A stretch of 63,580 nucleotides of DNA, counting the filler, from an uncultured Methanosarcinales archaeon (lineage in GTDB: Archaea > Nanobdellota > Nanobdellia > Woesearchaeales > CAYVYK01): assembly GCA_964455675.1 (NCBI GenBank). It is 5 parts of 4 records of this genome, joined end to end, with 100 filler letters (N's around TTAATTAATTAA, not from the genome) between each part and the next. Parts side by side here need not be neighbours in the genome. Positions count along the whole stretch, not along the records: positions 24,346 to 39,953 come from CAYVYK010000007.1; positions 40,054 to 45,487 come from CAYVYK010000007.1; 3 more parts are not named here. One strand, given 5' to 3'. A program made the translations under genes and the position numbers. The notes beneath the pieces were generated by a model. The model had not been told where the DNA came from, ran no database searches, and saw only the letters and a list, made by a program, of their open reading frames with translations. This document shows, one piece after another, positions 34,702 through 43,073 of this stretch. Positions within the stretch are counted from its first letter, which is position 1; each line of letters starts with the position of its first letter.

Positions 34702-37605
34702 ATGAAAACTCTTATCGTCCTCGTGTGTTGGGCCATTGCCGGATACTTCATCGGCAAGGTCATCAACCAGGCAGCGAAGAAGGAAACGTTCAACCTCAAG
34801 CGCACGATCATCGGCGCGATCTTCCTCGCGCTACCGTTCCCAATCTTCTGGGTGCTCGGCTTCTCTGCCGAAATGTTCTGGTACGACCAGCTCGGGTATA
34901 GCGCAAGGTTCTGGAAGGTGGTGTGGCTCGCGAAACTCACGCCAGTCGTCGCCGCAGTGGTGTACGGCCTCGTGATGTATCTCCTCACACTGCCCCTGCG
35001 CAAATCGCGCTGGACCAGAATCTGGCCGGAGGCCGTCGGCGCACTCACTGGGCTCATCGTGTTTCGGGTCGCGTGGCAGACGGTGATGCAGTACCTCAAC
35101 GGCGTGGACGTCGGCACGGTAGATCCGATCTTTGGCAAGGACATCGGGTTCTACCTCTTCACCCTGCCGATTTACAACATGATGTACTGGTCGCTCATGT
35201 TCCTCGCGAGCGTGCTCGTCGTTATCGGAATCGTGCACCTCGTGGAAGTCCACCCCGAGGACCGGTACTCCAACCGACACAAGATGTACAACGACGATGA
35301 CCGGCGACATTCGTGCAACGTCATTTCGTACAACATCGGTTGGCTCCTCATCGTGATGGCGTTCGGCTTCTGGCTCGACAAGTTCGACCTCCTCACGAGC
35401 AGCTGGGGATCCTTTACCGGCGTCAACTACGTGAGCGACCACGTCCGCATCCCGGCATACGGCATCCTGCAGTGGGTGTGCCTCCTTGCCGGAATCCTGA
35501 TGTTCTTCCCGGCACTGCTGCGCAAGATCCCCTTTGTGGGAAGGTTCAGAGTAGGTGACGAAGCAGAATCAGCAATTCCCGCGGGCTCGATCCTCTGCGT
35601 TCCGGCACTGCTCTTCCTTGTTTACGTGATTGGGTTCTGGGTATGCGCGCCCATCACGTACTACCTTAAGGTCAAGCCGAACGAGTACGCGTGCGAAGAG
35701 CCGTACATCAAACACAATATTGCGTTCACGCGCGCGGCATTCAACCTCGGCCAGGACGTGCTGACTGAGCATGACGTCAAGCTCTCGGATAGGGTCACAG
35801 CCGAAACCGTTCAGAGCTACCAGGATGTCCTCAGTCAAGTACGGCTTCTTGACTGGCGGCCGCACGAAGAAGTTCTGCACGAACTCCAGCGTGGCCGCAC
35901 GTACTACCGCATCGGCGACGTGGACGTCGATCGCTACTGGATTGGCGGGAAGTACACGCAAGTCATGATCGGCCCGCGCGAAATGGACATGAGCGCGCTG
36001 CCCGATGGCGCGAAGACATTCATCAACACACACATGCGCTACACGCACGGCCTTGGCGTATCCGTCGCGAGCGTTAGCGACTTTGAGGACTGCAGAGCGA
36101 AGCTACTCGTGCGCGACGTTCCGCCCAAGACGGACCATCCGGAACTTACCGCCCCCGAGTGGAGCATCTACTTTGGCGAGCTCACGGACAGCCACGTGTA
36201 CGTGAACACGACCGAACAAGAACTCCACTACGAAGGCGACAACGTGGATCACTTCTCCACGTACCAGGGACTTGGTGGTGTACCAATTACGAGCTTCTGG
36301 CGAAGGCTCGTCTTCGCGTACGAGCTCGACGGCCTCCGGCTCTTCACAGCGAGTGCTATCACGCCGCAAACGCGCGTCATGTACCAACGGAACATTTTCT
36401 CACGCGCAAAGAGCCTCGCGCCATTCCTGACGTATGACCAAGACCCGTACGTGGTGATCGCTCCTACTGTCACGAACATGGATGGAACGGACGAGATCAA
36501 CGCTCCGCACGGGCTCTTCTACATCATGGACGCGTACACATCAAGCACCCACTACCCATACTCAGAACCGTACAGGACGCATGAACACGACGGGAACCCG
36601 AACAAGGATCTCGACGGCGTCAATTACGTCCGCAATTCGGTGAAAGTGGTGGTCGATGCGTACAACGGCACGGTGAAGTTCTACATCAGTGACCCTACCG
36701 ACCCCATCATCCAGATGTGGTCGAAGATTTTCCCCGGGATGTTCCTGCCGCTGTCGGTCATGCCAAGCGAACTGCGCGCTCACATCCGCTATCCCGAGGA
36801 CATCTTCAACGTCCAGGCACGGATGTACGCACGCTACCACATGACAAATCCGAGCAGGTTCTACTCTGACTCGGATCGGTGGGTTCGTGCGACAGAGACA
36901 TACCATCAGGAATCGCAGCACCGCGTGCAGCCTTACTACATCATGTGGCGAGCACCTGAATCCCAGCAACCCGAGTACGTGATCATGGCTCCCTTCACGC
37001 CAAAGGACACGAACGTGATGGTGGGGTGGCTTGCCGCGCGGTGCGATCAGCCTAACTACGGCCAGCTGCTCGCGTACAAGTTCCCGAAAGAGCAAACGGT
37101 GCTCGGCCCGCAGCAATTTGACGCGCGGATGGACCAGCACGACCAGCTCTCCGCGCTCTTCTCACTCTGGGACCAGAAGGGCAGCACAGTCATCCGTGGG
37201 AATGTCCTTGTGATTCCGCTCGGCGACACGTACATCAACGTGAAGCCGATCTACCTCCAGGCGCAAGGAGCTAAGTTCCCGGAACTCAAACGCGTGGTCG
37301 TCGGCAACTCGAGTGGCATCGGCTTTGGCACGAGCCTCTCGGAAGCGCTTGATGACTTCCTCCACAAGGGAGGTTTGCGCGGTGAGTCCCGGATCGTCGG
37401 GATGCCCGAGAGCATCAACGTCGAGAGCAGGGGCTTCGCCCTTCCGACGGAGGTCGCTCAATACCAGACCCTCGCGACTGCCGCGAACAAAGCGTTTGAG
37501 CAATACCTGAAGCTGCAGGGCGAAGGTAAGTTCGTCGAGGCAGCACAGGAACTCGAGAAGGTCCGAGGGTACCTGCAGCAACTGACTGGACAAGCCGGCG
37601 ACTAG
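34702..37605 (+). CDS. UPF0182 (COG1615) membrane protein
   Basis: DPIFGKDIGFYLFTLP, NIAFTRAAF, DVDRY, YTHG, IYFGE, DPY, NYVRNSVKVVVDAYNG, RYP, IRGN. Confidence 0.93.
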   Translation: MKTLIVLVCWAIAGYFIGKVINQAAKKETFNLKRTIIGAIFLALPFPIFWVLGFSAEMFWYDQLGYSARFWKVVWLAKLTPVVAAVVYGLVMYLLTLPLRKSRWTRIWPEAVGALTGLIVFRVAWQTVMQYLNGVDVGTVDPIFGKDIGFYLFTLPIYNMMYWSLMFLASVLVVIGIVHLVEVHPEDRYSNRHKMYNDDDRRHSCNVISYNIGWLLIVMAFGFWLDKFDLLTSSWGSFTGVNYVSDHVRIPAYGILQWVCLLAGILMFFPALLRKIPFVGRFRVGDEAESAIPAGSILCVPALLFLVYVIGFWVCAPITYYLKVKPNEYACEEPYIKHNIAFTRAAFNLGQDVLTEHDVKLSDRVTAETVQSYQDVLSQVRLLDWRPHEEVLHELQRGRTYYRIGDVDVDRYWIGGKYTQVMIGPREMDMSALPDGAKTFINTHMRYTHGLGVSVASVSDFEDCRAKLLVRDVPPKTDHPELTAPEWSIYFGELTDSHVYVNTTEQELHYEGDNVDHFSTYQGLGGVPITSFWRRLVFAYELDGLRLFTASAITPQTRVMYQRNIFSRAKSLAPFLTYDQDPYVVIAPTVTNMDGTDEINAPHGLFYIMDAYTSSTHYPYSEPYRTHEHDGNPNKDLDGVNYVRNSVKVVVDAYNGTVKFYISDPTDPIIQMWSKIFPGMFLPLSVMPSELRAHIRYPEDIFNVQARMYARYHMTNPSRFYSDSDRWVRATETYHQESQHRVQPYYIMWRAPESQQPEYVIMAPFTPKDTNVMVGWLAARCDQPNYGQLLAYKFPKEQTVLGPQQFDARMDQHDQLSALFSLWDQKGSTVIRGNVLVIPLGDTYINVKPIYLQAQGAKFPELKRVVVGNSSGIGFGTSLSEALDDFLHKGGLRGESRIVGMPESINVESRGFALPTEVAQYQTLATAANKAFEQYLKLQGEGKFVEAAQELEKVRGYLQQLTGQAGD

Positions 37606-37641
37606 TCGCTGACGCAATACGGCCCTGTTTCGCTTCCACAC

Positions 37642-37690
37642 AGCAAGCCAGATTCTTCCCTATGAGGGTTGAGTTTGGCTTGCTTTTTTT
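37642..37690 (+). terminator. Intrinsic terminator ending the island operon
   Basis: AGCAAGCCAGATTC...GAGTTTGGCTTGCT followed by a T tract. Confidence 0.8.
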
Positions 37691-37723
37691 GGTATTTTAT
37701 TTCTATATGGTAATTATTTATGG

Positions 37724-37769
37724 AAAAAAAGGGGATACCCCCGGGCGAATGGCTCGCCAAGGGGTATCC
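37724..37769 (-). terminator. Convergent intrinsic terminator
   Basis: Minus strand GGATACCCC...GGGGTATCC then CC and T7. Confidence 0.7.
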
Positions 37770-37781
37770 GAACGGTCAGAC

Positions 37782-37982
37782 CTACACGCTCAACGGAGTC
37801 CTCCCACGAGATGTGCACCTGCGCGACTGACGATGGGGTCCCACGTAGGCATCGCAGCACTTGTCACAGAAGGTGCGACCCCTCGGAACCTTGCGCTTGC
37901 ACAGGCGACACGTGGGCTCGGGCTCTGATGTGGTTTCCTTGCCCTGATTTCCGTTTGAGCTAGAAGGAACACAAACCGTCAT
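37782..37982 (-). CDS. Small Zn-finger protein
   Basis: CRLC-x10-CDKC; purine-rich leader and a terminator directly downstream. Confidence 0.55.
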   Translation of the reverse strand: MTVCVPSSSNGNQGKETTSEPEPTCRLCKRKVPRGRTFCDKCCDAYVGPHRQSRRCTSRGRTPLSV

Positions 37983-38490
37983 CTTCCACTCAATCCTTTC
38001 TGCGGAATCATTCCGCTTGGGACAATTGCCTCTTCTCCCACTCCGACCGTTTCATACCCAATGCTTCCTTACCCACTCCGGAGAGCACCACTACCAGCCA
38101 CGGTAGTATCCAAATTTCTCCCTCACTCGCTAAATTGCCTCATCATAGTACCAACCCCGTTGGGTTACGTGTATGTATACTTCCTCTCGGAAGGTTATGG
38201 TTACCACTAGCAAGAATTAGTACTGCCCAACATCCGAAAAACGATAGTTCTCCGAATTCCAGCAAGTTCCAGGCGTAAGATATGCCCTACCCGCGACACC
38301 CGACCGCAAAGCTTCCGTGAAGCAAAGCTGGAAAGGACCACGATGAACTGGAACGGCGTCAAGCCATCTAAACACAATTAAATTTTTGAAGGCGAAAGGA
38401 GCCACAGTCCCTTAATAAAGGTTTCATTTATATGCAAAAAACCAGGCAATAGCCGAAAGATTCTTATTTGGAAAGAAGGCATCCATTATC

Positions 38491-39075
38491 ATGAGTGAAC
38501 TCGTTGTTCCAGAATATGAAAGCAAGCATCCGTTTGTTCGACGATTGTTTCATCGCAGGCTCCGAACAGCCATATGCATGGATGACCAACACGGCGCAAT
38601 CCTTGACGCCGGATGCGGTGATGGATACCTTGGAACTCGTATTCACAACAGAGAGATCATAGGCATTGATATTTCTCCAGAAAAATGTGTGTACCCTGCA
38701 AGGTATCGATCCGTTGTTGGAGGAGCGCTGAACGCACTCCCCTTCTCAGATTCTAGATTCCACACGATCTTCTGCCTTGATGTACTTGAGCACATCCCCG
38801 ATATTAACAAAGCAACAAGTGAGCTTGCGCGAGTACTTGCGCCGGGAGGATGCCTCATTCTTAGCATCCCAACAGAAAGCTTTCTCTACCGAGTAAGTAG
38901 ACTCCTCACGAGCGGTCGATGGAACGAACCGAGCACGGGCAAGGATGAACATCATTACCATACATCCGAGGGGGTCCTCAGGGCTATCCGAGCGCACTTC
39001 ATCATCGACCGGAAGAGAGTGCTCCCGTATCGATGGTTCCCGCTCTTCCTCATCGTGCGATGCAGAAAACGCTAA
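38491..39075 (+). CDS. Class I SAM-dependent methyltransferase
   Basis: ILDAGCGDG, GIDIS, LPF, DVLEHI, RVLAPGG. Confidence 0.92.
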   Translation: MSELVVPEYESKHPFVRRLFHRRLRTAICMDDQHGAILDAGCGDGYLGTRIHNREIIGIDISPEKCVYPARYRSVVGGALNALPFSDSRFHTIFCLDVLEHIPDINKATSELARVLAPGGCLILSIPTESFLYRVSRLLTSGRWNEPSTGKDEHHYHTSEGVLRAIRAHFIIDRKRVLPYRWFPLFLIVRCRKR

Positions 39076-39953
39076 TGCAGTTTCTTATTCATGTCAGCAA
39101 GAAATCCAAGCATGATGATCTGCAATCCCGACAGCAAGAGGAACAACATCAACACGAGCTGACCAGTACTCAATTTCCCAGGAGTAAAAAAATGAAGGTA
39201 TGTAAATCTCAGCCCGAGAATAAATCCAATTCCAAAAAGAAAAGATCCGACACGGCCAAAGAATTTCAACGGCTGATAGTCACGATACACCCGAAGGATG
39301 TTCACCCAAGCACGCATTGCATAACCAAAAGGGTTGTTAATCAATCGGCTCGTTGTGCCACCACCACGCCGTGCAAAATAGGTCGGAACTTCCGCAATCT
39401 TAAACTTCGCCCAAACTGCATGAATGATCTGCTCCTGGGTGTAAGTGTGATCTGAGGTGATCTGTATCTTTTCTGCAACCTCACGCGTAAACGCCCGAAA
39501 TCCAGTCTGACAATCAGAAATAGGAAACTTCACGATCTGCGAAATCACATGAGAAAACGCCTGGTTCCCCCACCTCTTAATGAGCGGCATCTCCTGAATG
39601 CCACCTCGGAATCTGCTACCAAGCACAAGATCAAAGCCCTCCTCCACTTTCTTGACCATCCTTGGGATGTCAGACGCCTGATACTGACCATCAGCGTCGG
39701 TATGCACAATAATATCCGCCTTTCGTGCAATACACTGCTCCATCTCTGTCCTGAACGCAGCAGCAAGACCAAGATTCCTCGGATGGGAGATTACAATTGC
39801 GCCATGAGCTTTTGCCACCTTCACCGTCCCGTCCTTGCTCCCATCATCTATTACCAGCAGTTCATACTGATAATTCGTTTTCCTCATGACTGCATGGATC
39901 CCATCAAGCACGGAAGCTAGCGTACGCTCCTCATTGTACGCGGGGATAGTCAC
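39072..39953 (-). CDS. GT2 glycosyltransferase (polyprenol-phosphate mannosyltransferase-like), 5'-partial
   Basis: IPAYNEE, IDDGSKD, TDADGQY, VLGSR, DCQTGFR, two C-terminal TMs. Confidence 0.93.
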   Translation of the reverse strand: MTIPAYNEERTLASVLDGIHAVMRKTNYQYELLVIDDGSKDGTVKVAKAHGAIVISHPRNLGLAAAFRTEMEQCIARKADIIVHTDADGQYQASDIPRMVKKVEEGFDLVLGSRFRGGIQEMPLIKRWGNQAFSHVISQIVKFPISDCQTGFRAFTREVAEKIQITSDHTYTQEQIIHAVWAKFKIAEVPTYFARRGGGTTSRLINNPFGYAMRAWVNILRVYRDYQPLKFFGRVGSFLFGIGFILGLRFTYLHFFTPGKLSTGQLVLMLFLLLSGLQIIMLGFLADMNKKLH

Positions 39954-40053
39954 NNNNNNNNNNNNNNNNNNNNNNNNNNNNNNNNNNNNNNNNNNNNTTA
40001 ATTAATTAANNNNNNNNNNNNNNNNNNNNNNNNNNNNNNNNNNNNNNNNNNNN
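39954..40053. other. Artificial contig linker
   Basis: N44-TTAATTAATTAA-N44. Confidence 0.97.
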
Positions 40054-40058
40054 AAACA

Positions 40059-41255
40059 ATGAATGCAGATCTCCAAGTGGAAACAATCGGTGATTATCTT
40101 TTAGGGCGAACAATCGCGCTCTGCGTCACAGGAGGCATTGCGGCGATCGAAACACCAAAACTAGCGCGACAGCTTCGCAGATATGGCGCCCGTGTGCAAT
40201 GCTACGTCACAACGGAAGCTGAGAAATTCATCGGACGATCTGCCCTCGAATGGGCAACCGAAAGGCCTGTCATTTCCGAGCTATCAGGCCTTGCCGAGCA
40301 TATATGCAGGGAGGAAGCAGTCCTTATCGCACCTGCGACAGCAAATACCATCAGCAAGATTGTACACGGAATCGCGGACAATCCTGTGACAGCGCTTGCT
40401 GCAAGCGCGCTCGGCATGAACAAACCGGTCTATATCGCACCCACCATGCATGAATCACTCTATCAGAACCCTTTCTTCCTTGAGAACTACCTCAAGGCGG
40501 CGGAGCACGGCATCCGCATCCTACTCCCCCGCGAGGGCGAAGGCAAGCGCAAAATGCCGTATCTTGATACGATGGTCGCACGGATGTGCCATGACCTCGG
40601 GAGCCACCCCATCCGAGGAACAAGGATCCTTGTAACCGGAGGACCAACACCTGTCAAGATCGACAGCATCCGAAGGATCACGAATATCTTCAAAGGGACT
40701 CTTGCTGTGGAAATTGCGCGCGAAGCATATCTCCTCGGAGCACAACCAAAACTCCTCCTTGGGGAATCATCAATAGCTGCTCCATCATATATCCCTACTG
40801 AACGCCATACAGACTATGACACTTATGTCCAGCATGTGCTTGATACTCTCAGCCTAGGATATGATGCAGGCATCTTCTCCGCAGCGGTTGCAGACTACCG
40901 ACCGGTGCAGGAAGTAGAAGGAAAAATACCCTCACGAGGTGCACTCAAGACAATTCAGCTCACAGAAACTCAGAAAGTTATCGGAATCGTACGAGAATCA
41001 TATCCAGAACTCTACATGGTCACATTCAAGTATGAGCTAGGCGTTTCCAAGGACGAGCTCTTTGATATTGCGAGACATCGTCTTGCAGAGGGGTATCAAG
41101 CAGTCGTAGCAAACCGAGGGGAAGACATGACCACCACGCACCGCGCGTACATCTTTAAGGGTGATGAGGTAACCGAAGCAGTCGGCAAGCATGACATCGC
41201 GCGAAAAATTGTTGACCTCATTGGAAGCAGGGATGCTCAAGGCAGAAAACAGTAG
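40059..41255 (+). CDS. coaBC: Phosphopantothenoylcysteine decarboxylase/ligase
   Basis: VTGGIAA, APATANTISK, APTMH, VTGGPT, ID.IR.ITN, AAVADY, FKYE, VVAN. Confidence 0.92.
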   Translation: MNADLQVETIGDYLLGRTIALCVTGGIAAIETPKLARQLRRYGARVQCYVTTEAEKFIGRSALEWATERPVISELSGLAEHICREEAVLIAPATANTISKIVHGIADNPVTALAASALGMNKPVYIAPTMHESLYQNPFFLENYLKAAEHGIRILLPREGEGKRKMPYLDTMVARMCHDLGSHPIRGTRILVTGGPTPVKIDSIRRITNIFKGTLAVEIAREAYLLGAQPKLLLGESSIAAPSYIPTERHTDYDTYVQHVLDTLSLGYDAGIFSAAVADYRPVQEVEGKIPSRGALKTIQLTETQKVIGIVRESYPELYMVTFKYELGVSKDELFDIARHRLAEGYQAVVANRGEDMTTTHRAYIFKGDEVTEAVGKHDIARKIVDLIGSRDAQGRKQ

Positions 41256-41268
41256 GCTCATGAACTAT

Positions 41269-41940
41269 TTAGTGCAAGGTTAGCTTGAAGACTAGGGTTA
41301 CCGCCATAATCCAAATGAAGCCAGGAATGTACGCAAGCAGGGGAACAAGAGACCATGCAACCTTCTTTCCAAAAGAGATCTCCTTTTGATCCTTAAAATT
41401 ATTCTTCAACAGGAGATACGGCACAATGAAGAAAAATCCGTACACAACAGAAAAAAGCGGAAGACCAAGCAGGGCAAGTATCGGGCTTGCAAACAAATAC
41501 CCGCTTACCACAGCTTCGACGACAAACCCATGGAACCCTCCGAGGATGAATGCTTCCATTACTGAGAATCTGAACCGCTTCAGTATCCTATACCATAACA
41601 TCATCCACATGATGTACCAAGGAGCGGTGAGCAACAAATCAATCAGAAGATTACGATGCAAGGGCTTAGAAAAAATGTATGCTGTTTCCGCAACAACTGA
41701 AACAAGGTATCCGATGACAACGAAATACATCGCAAGAGGATGCGCTCCGTCGAGAAGCTGCGAGAGGCGTTTTCGGAGTAGAAAAACAAGCCCGAAAAAC
41801 AAGAAGAGCAAGAGCTCACTTACTACGACCAAAGTTTCACGAGACGCTCCCTGCTGAGATAACTGAACACATTGAAGGATTAGGAAGAAAATGGCTAGAC
41901 CAAAAAAAGCAGAAAGTGCAAGAATTTTGAGTAGTTTCAC
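41269..41940 (-). CDS. Multi-pass membrane protein
   Basis: About seven hydrophobic segments; start taken at GTG 41940 because the longer ORF runs into tRNA-linked repeats. Confidence 0.7.
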   Translation of the reverse strand: MKLLKILALSAFFGLAIFFLILQCVQLSQQGASRETLVVVSELLLFLFFGLVFLLRKRLSQLLDGAHPLAMYFVVIGYLVSVVAETAYIFSKPLHRNLLIDLLLTAPWYIMWMMLWYRILKRFRFSVMEAFILGGFHGFVVEAVVSGYLFASPILALLGLPLFSVVYGFFFIVPYLLLKNNFKDQKEISFGKKVAWSLVPLLAYIPGFIWIMAVTLVFKLTLH

Positions 41941-41950
41941 AAATTCCCCT

Positions 41951-42091
41951 CCACTTCGTTCATTACGGCTGCCGGCACAAAAAAAATGTGCGACATTTTT
42001 TGGTCCACAGCAGTATTCACTTCGTTCATACGGCTGCCGGTTCACAAAAACAAGGTTTTTGGCTCCGTCAGCCTTCGTTCGCTTCGCTCAC
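41951..42091 (-). repeat. tRNA-linked repeats with two copies of the tRNA-Gly 3' end
   Basis: TACGGCTGCCGG at 41963, 42029 and 42092 (the tRNA itself), each preceded on + by C(A/G)CTTCG(T/C)TCA. Confidence 0.85.
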
Positions 42092-42162
42092 TACGGCTGC
42101 CGGGATTTGAACCCGGGCTCCAAGCTTGGGAAGCTCGTATGCTGCCGCTACATTACAGCCGT
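42092..42162 (-). tRNA. tRNA-Gly(CCC)
   Basis: ACGGCTG acceptor, CGAGC-TTCCCAA-GCTTG, CCGGG-TTCAAAT-CCCGG, CAGCCGT-A. Confidence 0.9.
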
Positions 42163-42196
42163 ACTCCTGCAGGGTAGACGGAGCCGCTATAAAAAG

Positions 42197-43042
42197 TTAT
42201 TCAGGCTTCACAGAATTCTTGCCCGCAAACGATTTACTCACTGATTCACCCCAGAAGCTTGGAAGAGCATTTGCCACAAAGCCGGTAAACTTGTCAGAAT
42301 ACACGTAAGTGAGACCGGGAATACCTTCATGCGCTGAAAAATCATCCTTCACAGACCTATAAATGTCTTTAATCTTCTTCCTCTCAAAATCCATCTGGAG
42401 AAGTGATGAAGGTTTGAGGAATAATGCATCAGCCTGCCGCAGCACGTTTACCTCAATCGTTGAACTGTTTTGTGTGATGAAGAATAATGTCAGATTTTTA
42501 TGCCTCGCGACGAAGATGAGTTCGCTGAGAAATTTATTCTGCTCCTTCATACTATCTCTTGAACTGAACAGAATACCACCCTCATCGACCAGTACCGTGG
42601 AACCATTCGTGATCTCATTTGGATTTGATACTGGCGTAATCCAGGAAGGAAGCGAACTGTGCTCAAAACCCATAACACACGCCTTGTTCTTTCCGCGCGC
42701 GACCATGTTCTCGAGAAGCTTCATCCCAAAAGCGGTCTTCCCAGACCCCCGCGCACCGAGGATCAGACAAACCACGCTATCTGACTTCTGAATATATTTC
42801 TCAAACGAAGGCCAGGAACCGCTTTTTCCATCAATAATCCGCATCGCGACATACTTTGCTTCTCCTGGGAGGGATGCACGCACGCTTGTTGAATCGTGTT
42901 TCTTCGCAAACACCCTGCTTAGTATGATTGCCTGGCCTCGTAACGCAACGAACGTGTGCTTCACGACAAATACAAGAGATTTCCAGCAGAATTTCAGAAT
43001 GGACCACACCGCACTCCCGAAAGTACTCTTGCGCCTATGCAT
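42197..43042 (-). CDS. P-loop ATPase (Zot/FtsK-HerA-like)
   Basis: LILGARGSGKT, VLVDEGG, ARH, FITQ. Confidence 0.75.
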   Translation of the reverse strand: MHRRKSTFGSAVWSILKFCWKSLVFVVKHTFVALRGQAIILSRVFAKKHDSTSVRASLPGEAKYVAMRIIDGKSGSWPSFEKYIQKSDSVVCLILGARGSGKTAFGMKLLENMVARGKNKACVMGFEHSSLPSWITPVSNPNEITNGSTVLVDEGGILFSSRDSMKEQNKFLSELIFVARHKNLTLFFITQNSSTIEVNVLRQADALFLKPSSLLQMDFERKKIKDIYRSVKDDFSAHEGIPGLTYVYSDKFTGFVANALPSFWGESVSKSFAGKNSVKPE

Positions 43043-43073
43043 GACGCATTCCACACTATGGGAGATTATAATT

